Assembly (NCBI GenBank): GCA_031416075.1
Contig: JANOSY010000021.1
Coordinates: 1 to 26,442 of the forward strand
Source: Candidatus Tenderia sp.
GTDB taxonomy: Bacteria; Pseudomonadota; Gammaproteobacteria; Tenderiales; Tenderiaceae
Length of the DNA: 26,442 nt
Direction: 5' to 3'
Part shown: positions 18,360-26,259 of the stretch, one piece after another
How the letters are laid out: every line of letters starts with the position of its first letter
How positions within the stretch are numbered: the stretch's first letter is position 1
Position numbers and translations under genes: made by a program
Notes under the pieces: generated by a model
What the model saw: the letters and a program-made list of their open reading frames with translations, nothing else
What the model was told of the DNA's origin: nothing
The model's database searches: none

Positions 18360-18393
18360 GGCCGTGAGTCCGCAGTGGAGGATGATAATTTGC

Positions 18394-18421
18394 ATTATAT
18401 ACAAACATTCATGTATGTATA
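18394..18421 (-). promoter_or_regulatory. AcrR/TtgR-type operator palindrome overlapping the efflux operon -10
   Basis: TATACAAACATTCATGTATGTATA (18398..18421) matches its own reverse complement at 20/24 positions and resembles the TACA(T/A)ACA...TGTATGTA operators of AcrR/TtgR. A perfect TATAAT sits on the minus strand at 18399..18394. Confidence 0.75.
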
Positions 18422-18506
18422 CTGCAAAAAACTGGGAACATGGCCGTTATCCTTGAAGGGACCTCACATTTATGGCCGGATGATTGTGTTGTTGATGGGT
18501 TGCAAC

Positions 18507-18534
18507 GGAACTCTGCGGGTATAATGGGTTCACA
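18507..18534 (+). promoter_or_regulatory. SigmaE (RpoE)-like promoter of dsbC
   Basis: GGAACTC-N16-TCACA versus consensus GGAACTT-N16-TCnnA. dsbC is a known sigmaE-regulon gene. A TATAAT (18520..18525) also lies inside the spacer. Confidence 0.5.
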
Positions 18535-18566
18535 ACAGTCACTATTTGAGAAAAGGAATGTTTAGG

Positions 18567-19289
18567 ATGAAGTTTAGAATTTTGCTGCTGACCTCCCTGT
18601 TGGCATTAGGGTTGAATAGTCCAACCAAGGCGGCGGACGAGGTGGCACAGGTACGTAACGCGGTGGCTAAAATTGTGCCGGGTATGGCACCGGACTCCAT
18701 TGTGAAGAGCAGTGTTCCAGGGTTTTATGAAGTGGCCTACGGTGCGGATCTCTTCTACGTTTCGGCGGATGGACGTTATCTGTTGAACGGCAGCGTCATT
18801 GACTTAAAAGATGGTAAAAACCTCTCAGAGGTGAAGCGTGGGCAGGGGCGGTTGAAGTTAATCTCTGAAATTGATGAAAAATCGATGATTGTCTATAGCC
18901 CAAAACAGGTCAAACACCGCGTCACCGTGTTTACCGATATCGATTGTCAGTACTGCCGCCGCATGCACTTGGAGATGGCAGAGTTGAATAGTCTGGGTAT
19001 CGAAGTGCGTTATATGTTGTTCCCGCGTACCGGTGCTGGTTCAAAATCATATGATAAGGCCGTCACTGCCTGGTGTTCAGCGAATCGGCAGCAGGCGCTG
19101 ACGGATGCAAAGGCGGGCAAAAACCTGCCTAACAAGACCTGTGACAATCCGGTTGAAAAACATATGGCCCTGGTTGAAAAGCTTGGCATTACAGGCACAC
19201 CCACGCTGGTGTTGGAAGATGGCAGTGTTATTCCTGGTTACATGCCAGCGGCACGGTTGTTGGCGGCACTGGAAGGCAAAGAGCCGTAG
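18567..19289 (+). CDS. dsbC: Thiol:disulfide isomerase DsbC
   Basis: Signal peptide, dimerisation domain (YVSADGRYLL.G), VFTDIDCQYC active site, second Cys pair (WC...C) and GITGTP cis-Pro loop. Start placed at MKFRILL. Confidence 0.92.
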   Translation: MKFRILLLTSLLALGLNSPTKAADEVAQVRNAVAKIVPGMAPDSIVKSSVPGFYEVAYGADLFYVSADGRYLLNGSVIDLKDGKNLSEVKRGQGRLKLISEIDEKSMIVYSPKQVKHRVTVFTDIDCQYCRRMHLEMAELNSLGIEVRYMLFPRTGAGSKSYDKAVTAWCSANRQQALTDAKAGKNLPNKTCDNPVEKHMALVEKLGITGTPTLVLEDGSVIPGYMPAARLLAALEGKEP

Positions 19290-19290
19290 G

Positions 19291-19326
19291 CAATAAACCC
19301 ACCACTAGCGCAACGCTGGTGGTGGG
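19291..19326. terminator. Hairpin terminator between the convergent dsbC and DUF934 genes
   Basis: 13-bp stem CCCACCACTAGCG-CAA-CGCTGGTGGTGGG (19298..19326), with a U-rich tail on the minus strand. Confidence 0.65.
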
Positions 19327-19337
19327 AAAGTCGGACG

Positions 19338-19838
19338 TTAGGCGCGGCGTCTGTACAAGGGGAGTGGTTCGTCAGAGGATGTTTGATATTTGACGCTAAT
19401 CTCATCAAAGGCGTTAAGTGCATCTTCAATGGTCTGGCTGGCATCGATCTCAAAGGCGTCAAAACCGGCACGTTCCATATAAGCCAGCTGATCACGCAGC
19501 ACATTGCCCACCGCACGTAGCTCGCCAGTATAACCGTAGTGTTGGCGCAGGGCAGTGGCAATGGAGTAGCTGCGACCATCGCGGAAGCTGGGGAATTGCA
19601 GCGCGACGATGGCAAAGTGTGACAAATCGGGGCTGATTTCTGCCACGTCATGATCACTGTTAAGCCGCACACCGAGTCCACCTGAGTGTCGTAATAACCG
19701 TTCTTTGTCGCTCTGCCATAACGCAAAGGGGACGATGATGTCACCTGCGGGCAGCGTATCGGCCGTTACGCCGTCGGTCAGGTCCGGAATATGTTGCCAC
19801 CGGTCTTCAATGATCTGGCGATTCTTAATTATCTGCAT
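19338..19838 (-). CDS. DUF934 family protein (sulfite-reductase-associated)
   Basis: FPSFRDGRSYSIA..LR..YGYTGELRAVGNVLRDQL..MER.GFDAF. The start MQIIK overlaps the cysI end, the usual cysI-DUF934 pairing. Confidence 0.88.
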   Translation of the reverse strand: MQIIKNRQIIEDRWQHIPDLTDGVTADTLPAGDIIVPFALWQSDKERLLRHSGGLGVRLNSDHDVAEISPDLSHFAIVALQFPSFRDGRSYSIATALRQHYGYTGELRAVGNVLRDQLAYMERAGFDAFEIDASQTIEDALNAFDEISVKYQTSSDEPLPLYRRRA

Positions 19839-21549
19839 AGACACGCTCTTGAAAAGGGACAATTCCGATGCGCTGGAAGGTGTCGATAAACTGTTCGCCT
19901 TCGATACGTTGTTCAACATATACGTGGGCGATTTTTTCAACAGCATCCGCCACCTCATCTTTGGAGACGGCACGACCCAGGCGTTGACCCAGCTCAGCGG
20001 TGGTCTCTGCATAGCCCCCCAGCGTTAGCTGGTACCACTCTTCCCCCTTTTTATCGACACCCAGAATGCCGATATGACCGATGGCATGGTGGGCGCAACC
20101 GTTCATGCAGCCAGACATCTTCAGCCTGATTTCGCCAAGGTCGTAGAGGTAGTCAAGATCTTCAAAACGGCGCTGGATCATGTCGGCCACATCGATGGAG
20201 CTGGCGTTGGCCAGTTCGCAGAAGTCGAGTCCGGGGCAGCAGATCATGTCATTGATGGAGCCAATGGTGGGTGTTGCCAGCCCATCTTGATGCAGTGATT
20301 GCCAGAGTGGGTAGAGTTCACCCTGTTTAACATCGCTGAGTACCAGATTCTGTTCGTAGGTGCTGCGAATCAGCCCGGCGCTGTAACGATCGGCCAGCTC
20401 AGCCACCAGATCCATCTGTTTGTCAGTAATGTCGCCGGGCGCAATGCCGGGGGCTTTGAGTGAGACAAACACACCACGATACCCCTCTACCTTATGGTCA
20501 AAGGTGTTGTATTTGAGCCAGCGGGCAAAGTCATCGTTATTGTTGGCATAACCTTCATGACGTTTATCGCTGGCCGCATCGGCGTCATAGGGGAGTGGGG
20601 TGAAAAATGTTTTTACACGGTCAATTTCAGCCTGATCGAGGATAAGTTTATCCCGGTTATTGGTCCACTCGCGCTCGACCAGAACCCGGAATGTGTCCAT
20701 ACCCAGGCTGGCAACGAGTATTTTGATGCGGGCTTTGTACTTGTTGTCACGACGGCCCTTGAGGTTGTAGACACGTATTATCGCCTCCAAGTAGGAGAGC
20801 AGGTGCTGCTTCTCCAGGAAGGGGCGAATAGTCTGACCAATCATGGGGGTGCGTCCAAGGCCGCCACCAACACTGACTTGAAAACCAACTTCGCCGGTCT
20901 CATTTCTGACCAGTCTTAGGCCAATGTCGTGAACCAGAGTAGCGGCGCGATCGCGGCTTGCGCCGGTGATGGCAATTTTAAACTTGCGTGGCAGGTAGGC
21001 AAACTCCGGGTGCAGGGTGCTCCACTGACGGATGATTTCACAATAAGGCCGCGGGTCTTCCAGCTCATCGGCAGCAACACCGGCCAGTGGGTCAGTGGTG
21101 GTATTACGAATACAGTTGCCGCTGGTCTGGATGGCGTGCATCTGCACTGAGGCCAGATCGGCAAGAATATCAGGCACTGTTTCCAGCTTGGGCCAGTTGA
21201 ACTGGATATTCTGGCGGGTGGTGAAGTGACCGTAACCTTTGTCATATTGACGGGCAATATGCGCCAGCATCCGCATTTGGTCTGATGAAAAGAGGCCGTA
21301 AGGGATGGCGATACGTAACATGGGTGCGTGGCGCTGGATATAAAGGCCATTCATCAGGCGCAAGGCCATAAACTCATCAGCCCCCAGTTCGCCCGTCAGG
21401 TAACGTTTTGTTTGTCCGCGAAACTGGCTGACACGTTCGTCAACAATGCGTTGGTCGTATTGGTCATAGATGTACATGCCAGGACGCTGAACGCACGGGC
21501 GTGAGGGCTGGGGCTGCGCTGCTGGGGCTATGTTCTGGGTTTGACTCAT
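19825..21549 (-). CDS. cysI: Assimilatory sulfite reductase hemoprotein (Pseudomonas-type CysI, nitrite/sulfite reductase family)
   Basis: LRLMNGLYIQRHAPMLR, HFTTRQNIQ, TSGNCIRN, LPRKFKIA, and siroheme/Fe-S ligands CPGLDFC...SGCMNGC. Alternative start at 21477 (MYIYD). Confidence 0.9.
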   Translation of the reverse strand: MSQTQNIAPAAQPQPSRPCVQRPGMYIYDQYDQRIVDERVSQFRGQTKRYLTGELGADEFMALRLMNGLYIQRHAPMLRIAIPYGLFSSDQMRMLAHIARQYDKGYGHFTTRQNIQFNWPKLETVPDILADLASVQMHAIQTSGNCIRNTTTDPLAGVAADELEDPRPYCEIIRQWSTLHPEFAYLPRKFKIAITGASRDRAATLVHDIGLRLVRNETGEVGFQVSVGGGLGRTPMIGQTIRPFLEKQHLLSYLEAIIRVYNLKGRRDNKYKARIKILVASLGMDTFRVLVEREWTNNRDKLILDQAEIDRVKTFFTPLPYDADAASDKRHEGYANNNDDFARWLKYNTFDHKVEGYRGVFVSLKAPGIAPGDITDKQMDLVAELADRYSAGLIRSTYEQNLVLSDVKQGELYPLWQSLHQDGLATPTIGSINDMICCPGLDFCELANASSIDVADMIQRRFEDLDYLYDLGEIRLKMSGCMNGCAHHAIGHIGILGVDKKGEEWYQLTLGGYAETTAELGQRLGRAVSKDEVADAVEKIAHVYVEQRIEGEQFIDTFQRIGIVPFQERVYADN

Positions 21550-21713
21550 GCTGATCCGCTTGCCTTGTTTTTCGTACTCGGATGGTCGCCTGTAGCTTCA
21601 TGGTAGACGACCGCCAACGTTAAGATAGGGTATTTTTTATATAAGATAAATTAATCGTTTTATATAGTTTATATTAACTAATTATATAAAGACGAATGTT
21701 GATGCCGTGAAAA

Positions 21714-21789
21714 TGGTGCCCCGGGCGGGACTCTAACCTGCGACCTATCCCTTAGGAGGGGATCGCTCTATACACTGAGCTACCGGGGC
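21714..21789 (-). tRNA. tRNA-Arg(CCT), with non-canonical U19 and A56
   Basis: 76 nt: GCCCCGG TA GCTC AGTGTATA GAGC G ATCCC CTCCTAA GGGAT AGGTC GCAGG TTAGAGT CCCGC CCGGGGC A CCA. Full cloverleaf, anticodon CCT, A20 Arg identity element and encoded CCA. Confidence 0.9.
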
Positions 21790-21840
21790 GTACAGTTAAC
21801 TGCTGGGGCGACAGTATATCAACTTGAATCAGAAAGGAAA

Positions 21841-22548
21841 TCAGCTCTTACGTTTTTGTTGGGCGAGGCGTTGCAGCAACATGACACTGCGTTCAATTTG
21901 CCTCTCCTGAAGGCTGGTAACGCTGACAAATTGGCCACCGATGAAGGCTGCTTGAGCTTTTTCATCCTGGTTTTTGATCGCACGGACGATTATTTGACAG
22001 GCGAGTGCCTGCTTGCCATCGGGAGGTAGTGGGAATGAGCAGTAGAGTATTTGGTCCGTTTCCAGTGCTATGGGCAGCTCTTTGGAAAAGCGCACTCGAA
22101 TGCCACCGATTGATATGTCAGCAATATCGCCGGTTAAAATTAGGTTGCCAGGTGTGGTCAGGGTCGCAGGTAGTGATTGAAATGGGCTTAAGGGGATGCG
22201 GATACTTGCCCGTCTCTGGTGGTGGTTAAGTGATGCGGGGAGCGTAGCTCTATAATGGGTGAGACCATTTGTTTTGTAACAACCCTTGAAGTCGACGCTA
22301 AAGTCGATTGGAACACCTTCAATTTGAGTCGCAAGTGTGAGGGTGGATGTTGATTTATACAGCGCTTGATCGGGCGCAGGCCTGAATTCGTTGAACATTA
22401 GATGTTCTCCGTCGTCACTGGAAAAATCGATTATGGTAGTTGTGTATTCCTCTATATGCTCACCGATTGAGGCAGTGATTAATGTGCGCTGTTTCATGAG
22501 CTGAGTGAGGATTTTTTTGATTCGTATGGTATCGGTTAGCGTTTCCAT
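21841..22548 (-). CDS. ycgR: Flagellar brake protein, YcgR family (PilZN + PilZ c-di-GMP receptor)
   Basis: PilZ motifs QRRASIR (RxxxR) and DISIGG (DxSxxG). It lies downstream of flgN, as in Pseudomonas (flgZ). Confidence 0.82.
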   Translation of the reverse strand: METLTDTIRIKKILTQLMKQRTLITASIGEHIEEYTTTIIDFSSDDGEHLMFNEFRPAPDQALYKSTSTLTLATQIEGVPIDFSVDFKGCYKTNGLTHYRATLPASLNHHQRRASIRIPLSPFQSLPATLTTPGNLILTGDIADISIGGIRVRFSKELPIALETDQILYCSFPLPPDGKQALACQIIVRAIKNQDEKAQAAFIGGQFVSVTSLQERQIERSVMLLQRLAQQKRKS

Positions 22549-22600
22549 CGTTTTTATATTCAGGTGTTGGCGTGAAAGATGAGCATATTAACCGCTCCGT

Positions 22601-23095
22601 TTATGCTTGGATTAATGGGTTGGAGTGAGATACCGTCACTGATTGCCCATTGGCTCCATATGTGAGGCCGTCTGATGTTGGTTGACCCCGTAATATTGTC
22701 AGTGCAGTTTCGGTGGAGTGTCTATTTGCGGCGATGATTGTGCCATTAATGGTGTTAAGTTTTTGGCAGTTATCAAGTAATGCTAAAAGGGATGTCTGTT
22801 TTTGGCGAAGCTGTATTGAAAGGAGAGGGGGGTGACTATTAATGAAACTATTCATACCATCGGGGGTGTACGAAAATCCATGTTTCTTTAGTAGGTAGTG
22901 ATGTTCTTGATGAAGCTTCTCGAGTAACGCACTCTGTTCGAGTTTTTGCTGATTAAGGGTGTGAATAGCCTCAAAGTCTCTTTTAACCAGGATGTTACTT
23001 TCATCTTCAAGGGTATGTTTCAGTGAATCTGCCGCTTGAATTTGCTGTTCTAATAATGTGTCTATCTGTTGGGCAATGTGAGGCGTTGTCATCAT
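22601..23095 (-). CDS. flgN: Flagellar export chaperone FlgN
   Basis: Helical protein with the motif CQKLNTING.II...ALTILRG...TYGANG, directly after flgM. Confidence 0.85.
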   Translation of the reverse strand: MMTTPHIAQQIDTLLEQQIQAADSLKHTLEDESNILVKRDFEAIHTLNQQKLEQSALLEKLHQEHHYLLKKHGFSYTPDGMNSFINSHPPLLSIQLRQKQTSLLALLDNCQKLNTINGTIIAANRHSTETALTILRGQPTSDGLTYGANGQSVTVSHSNPLIQA

Positions 23096-23096
23096 A

Positions 23097-23402
23097 TTAG
23101 GTACCTGTCCTGGCGTTGTTCAGGTTGTTCTCAAAATTGAGTATCTTCGCCGCTAGGTCGAAGTGGCTAATTTTTGGTCCCCCTGAGTTGATAACGTGTT
23201 GCAGTTCTTCAACGCGTTGGTTATTGACAGCAGACTGCGCTGTTATTACCTGCTCAAGTTGTTGCATACGTGTGGCTGTGTCGGTGATGGTGACAACATC
23301 AGTTGTGGTGTGCTGAGGGGGCGGTAGGATGGCCGTTTTTTTATCTTGTTTCACTTCTTCTTTTACCAGGCCAGTGGTTAAGCCAGGATTGTCAATTCTC
23401 AT
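23097..23402 (-). CDS. flgM: Anti-sigma28 factor FlgM
   Basis: D.V.IT..A and VNNQRVEEL...I.SG...LAAKIL motifs, position between flgA and flgN, AGGAG RBS before ATG 23402, and a sigma28 promoter upstream. Confidence 0.82.
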   Translation of the reverse strand: MRIDNPGLTTGLVKEEVKQDKKTAILPPPQHTTTDVVTITDTATRMQQLEQVITAQSAVNNQRVEELQHVINSGGPKISHFDLAAKILNFENNLNNARTGT

Positions 23403-23435
23403 TCTTATCATCTCCTGCAATATTGCTTCATATGA

Positions 23436-23462
23436 TTATCGGTCAAGATTAATCGTGCTTGA
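23436..23462 (-). promoter_or_regulatory. Sigma28 (FliA) promoter of flgM-flgN(-ycgR)
   Basis: Minus strand TCAA-N15-ACCGATAA versus consensus TAAA-N15-GCCGATAA. Confidence 0.75.
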
Positions 23463-23510
23463 AATTTTTCACGCTTTTTAAGTGTGGTTATCTCGGGTTC
23501 GTGCATTGGT

Positions 23511-24212
23511 TCACATTTGCACCTCAACAATGCCGGGCCGCGATGCAATGGCCTCAATGATTCGTTTTGATGAGAGGTTTTCAACCTTAACTATAGCCCC
23601 CAGAATGGCGTCCTCCAGCGCCTTCCCTGGCATTTTGACTGTAATGCTGTTGTTACGGGCGACGATAGTTACTTTACTGCCACGTGTAATAATGCGGTTT
23701 TGCTCAAGATCGTTAGGTGTGATGGCTATGCCTTTGGGAAGAGATCTTTTTAGAGTTTGCCCTACTATATTATCGGTGCTTTCAAAGTAGCCATTACGTA
23801 GCTGGCTGGTTTCGCGTCTTTCCATGTGCACGTCGGACAGCTGAATGGTTGCGCCTCGTGGCAGCGGGCGTGAGATTGTAAAAATAGTAGAAAAAATAGA
23901 TGTTCTTACCGGTACGTGGATGCTCCACGGCTTTGGACTGTCACATTTTATCGTTACCGTGATATTGGGATTGTTAAGTTGTTGGCCAAGCTGCTCGGTT
24001 GCTAGGGGTTGACTGCAGCGGGGGAGGCGTAGGCGTGGATCAAGGTGACCCACTTCGATGACACGATCTTGGTCGGCAGATGCCCGGTTTATAGCAAATG
24101 TTTCCGCAGCCTTGCGAATATCCTCTAAAGGCTGTAGTTCTGTTGCAGACGTTGTCCCAATCGAGACTATAACCATCAAACCGATAACTAGTGTGTTTGT
24201 TTTATCTCTCAT
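23511..24212 (-). CDS. flgA: Flagellar basal body P-ring formation chaperone FlgA
   Basis: Signal peptide, LDPRLRLPRC, C..PKPWSIHVPV, SAF domain, GKALEDA..G..VKVENLSSKRII. Confidence 0.92.
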   Translation of the reverse strand: MRDKTNTLVIGLMVIVSIGTTSATELQPLEDIRKAAETFAINRASADQDRVIEVGHLDPRLRLPRCSQPLATEQLGQQLNNPNITVTIKCDSPKPWSIHVPVRTSIFSTIFTISRPLPRGATIQLSDVHMERRETSQLRNGYFESTDNIVGQTLKRSLPKGIAITPNDLEQNRIITRGSKVTIVARNNSITVKMPGKALEDAILGAIVKVENLSSKRIIEAIASRPGIVEVQM

Positions 24213-24247
24213 AGTCGGGGTTTACCTTAAAATATGGAACCAAACCA

Positions 24248-24264
24248 AGCAATACCCGCGCCAA
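24248..24264 (-). promoter_or_regulatory. Sigma54 (-24/-12) promoter of flgA
   Basis: Minus strand TTGGCGC-GGGTA-TTGCT matches TGGCAC-N5-TTGC with correct GG/GC spacing. Confidence 0.75.
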
Positions 24265-24274
24265 TGCAGGTGCC

Positions 24275-24301
24275 TCAAGAAGTTTAGTTTGGAGTCGATA
24301 G
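24275..24301 (+). promoter_or_regulatory. Sigma28 (FliA) promoter of cheV-cheR
   Basis: TCAA-N15-GTCGATAG, 45 bp upstream of the cheV start. Confidence 0.7.
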
Positions 24302-24345
24302 ACCCAGTATCAAAATTGTGAGAAGGGCGCAAGGGGAATGAATTA

Positions 24346-25287
24346 GTGGCTAGTGTCATGGATGCAGTGAATCAGCGGACTCAACTGGCGGGCCATAACC
24401 GCTTGGAATTGCTGACATTCCGGTTACTAGGGCGTCAACGTTTTGGCATCAATGTGTTTAAGATTCAAGAGATTGTGAAGTGTCCACGTCTGAACCACAT
24501 TCCACATTCGAATTCAGTGGTCAGGGGTGTTGCAACGATGCGTGGCAATACCCTCCCAGTGATCGATCTCAATATGGCGATTGGCCGTGCAGCAATGACC
24601 GATACGATGGGATGTTATATGATCGTGACAGAATACAACCGCTCAGTTCAAGGATTCCTGGTGGGTGTGGTGGAACGCATTATTAATCTTACGTGGTCCG
24701 ATATTACGCCGCCCCCAAAAGGCTCCGGAAAAAACTGCTATTTAACAGCTGTTACACAAATTGATAACGAGCTAGTGGAGATTATTGATGTCGAGAGAAT
24801 ATTGGCAGAAGTGTCGTGTTTGCCAACGGATGTATCGAGCAGCCTTACTGACAATGTCGAGGATCTGGTCCGGCATCAACATATTTTAATAGTAGATGAT
24901 TCAGGAGTGGCACGAAAGCAGATAAAGCGTACCTTAGAGCAGCTTGGTATCGAAAGCACATTGGTAAACAATGGTCGTGAAGCATTGAATTTATTAAAAA
25001 CGTGGGCACAGACTGATGAGCTTAAGCTAAAAAACTTGGCTATGGTTATATCCGATGTAGAGATGCCCGATATGGATGGCTATACTTTGACAACTGAAAT
25101 TAGGCGTGACCCCTTGCTAGAGCACCTTTTTATTCTATTGCACACTTCCTTAAGTGGGACGTTTAACAATGCAATGATAGAGCGTGTAGGCGCAAATAGA
25201 TTTGTACCTAAATTTAAGCCGGATGATCTGGCTGTGGTGGTGCTGGAGCAGGTTAGGGCGTTTGTTCATGACAAATGCAAAGCATAA
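24346..25287 (+). CDS. cheV: Chemotaxis protein CheV (CheW + receiver)
   Basis: RTQLAGHNRLELL.FRL, FGINVFK, and receiver motifs ILIVDDS, ISDVEMPDMDG, HTSLSG, KF. Confidence 0.95.
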   Translation: MASVMDAVNQRTQLAGHNRLELLTFRLLGRQRFGINVFKIQEIVKCPRLNHIPHSNSVVRGVATMRGNTLPVIDLNMAIGRAAMTDTMGCYMIVTEYNRSVQGFLVGVVERIINLTWSDITPPPKGSGKNCYLTAVTQIDNELVEIIDVERILAEVSCLPTDVSSSLTDNVEDLVRHQHILIVDDSGVARKQIKRTLEQLGIESTLVNNGREALNLLKTWAQTDELKLKNLAMVISDVEMPDMDGYTLTTEIRRDPLLEHLFILLHTSLSGTFNNAMIERVGANRFVPKFKPDDLAVVVLEQVRAFVHDKCKA

Positions 25288-25322
25288 TAAACAGATGAGA
25301 TACCAAGGGTTCAAGGACGAAC

Positions 25323-26210
25323 GTGACTAATCATTCGATATCAAGCCGTGATTATGACGCTTTTCGTAAATTTCTTGAAGAGGCGTGTGGCATTGTACTC
25401 GGTGACAATAAACATTATTTAGTGGCTAGTCGATTAAATCGTCTGTTAAAAGAGATTGAACTTGGGTCGGTGGGGGATTTAATTGAGTCCATGCATCTGC
25501 ATCCCCATTCAGGTATTCGTGAACGAATTGTTGACGCAATGACGACTAATGAGACTTTTTGGTTTCGAGATAACCACCCCTATGTGTTATTGAAAGAGCT
25601 TATTTTTCCGGAAATAGTTAAAAAACGTCAAGGTCAGGTGAGGATATGGTCGGCGGCCTGCTCCTCAGGGCAAGAGCCCTATTCGATCAGCATGATTGCA
25701 CAGGAGTTCATGCAGGCGAGAATGGGCATGAAGATGAGCGGCATTGACATTGTTGGTACGGATATATCACCAACGATGTTAGCACATTGTAAGGCCGCAA
25801 AATATGACGCTTTGGCTCTCTCCAGGGGCCTCTCTCCTGAGCGAAAAAATAGATTTTTTAATAATTTAGGGGAGATCTGGGAGATAAAAGATGAAGTCAA
25901 AAAAAATGTCAGATTTATCGATCTGAACTTGATGAATAGTTATTCTTCGCTTGGTAAATTTGATGTTATATTTTGTAGAAATGTGATGATCTACTTCTCT
26001 ACTGAATTGAAAAAAGATATTTTACGTCGTATGTCACAAGCATTAGTTTCCGGCGGATATTTGATAATTGGGTCTACGGAAACCTTGGCAAGCTATTCAG
26101 ATGATTTTGATCTGGTCCGTTATGAAAGCGGCATGGCATATAAATTAAAACCCAGCTCACAGTTGAGCACGCCACAGCCCTCCTGGGTCTCCTCTTTGCC
26201 AAAAGCGTAG
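25323..26210 (+). CDS. cheR: Chemotaxis protein methyltransferase CheR
   Basis: AMTTNETFWFRD, RIWSAACSSGQEPYS, GTDIS, FDVIFCRNVMIYF. Confidence 0.95.
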   Translation: MTNHSISSRDYDAFRKFLEEACGIVLGDNKHYLVASRLNRLLKEIELGSVGDLIESMHLHPHSGIRERIVDAMTTNETFWFRDNHPYVLLKELIFPEIVKKRQGQVRIWSAACSSGQEPYSISMIAQEFMQARMGMKMSGIDIVGTDISPTMLAHCKAAKYDALALSRGLSPERKNRFFNNLGEIWEIKDEVKKNVRFIDLNLMNSYSSLGKFDVIFCRNVMIYFSTELKKDILRRMSQALVSGGYLIIGSTETLASYSDDFDLVRYESGMAYKLKPSSQLSTPQPSWVSSLPKA

Positions 26211-26240
26211 TTTTACGGTCTATGCTCAACAGATCTCTAT

Positions 26241-26259
26241 TTGCCGCATAGATCGGCAA
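26241..26259. promoter_or_regulatory. TTGCCG/CGGCAA inverted repeat, candidate FlrC/FleR-type enhancer
   Basis: TTGCCG-CATAGAT-CGGCAA downstream of cheR, where the flgB regulatory region normally lies. Confidence 0.4.

Noticed and set aside
19839-20012. N-terminal extension of the DUF934 ORF
   Set aside because: It lies within cysI in another frame. The family-like sequence begins at MQIIK (19838).
1211-21350. Numerous antisense or alternate-frame ORFs overlapping yoaA, tsaB, cpdA, pst, RND and cysI genes
   Set aside because: These are shadow ORFs expected in GC-rich coding DNA. They have no motifs or RBS support and overlap well-supported genes.
21714-21789. tRNA as an integration site (attB/attL) of a genomic island
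   Set aside because: I saw no integrase and no duplicated tRNA 3' end in the window, and the genes downstream (cysI, dsbC) are housekeeping.
26128-26150. TGGCAT within the cheR 3' end as a sigma54 promoter for flgB
   Set aside because: There is no TTGC -12 element at the required spacing.
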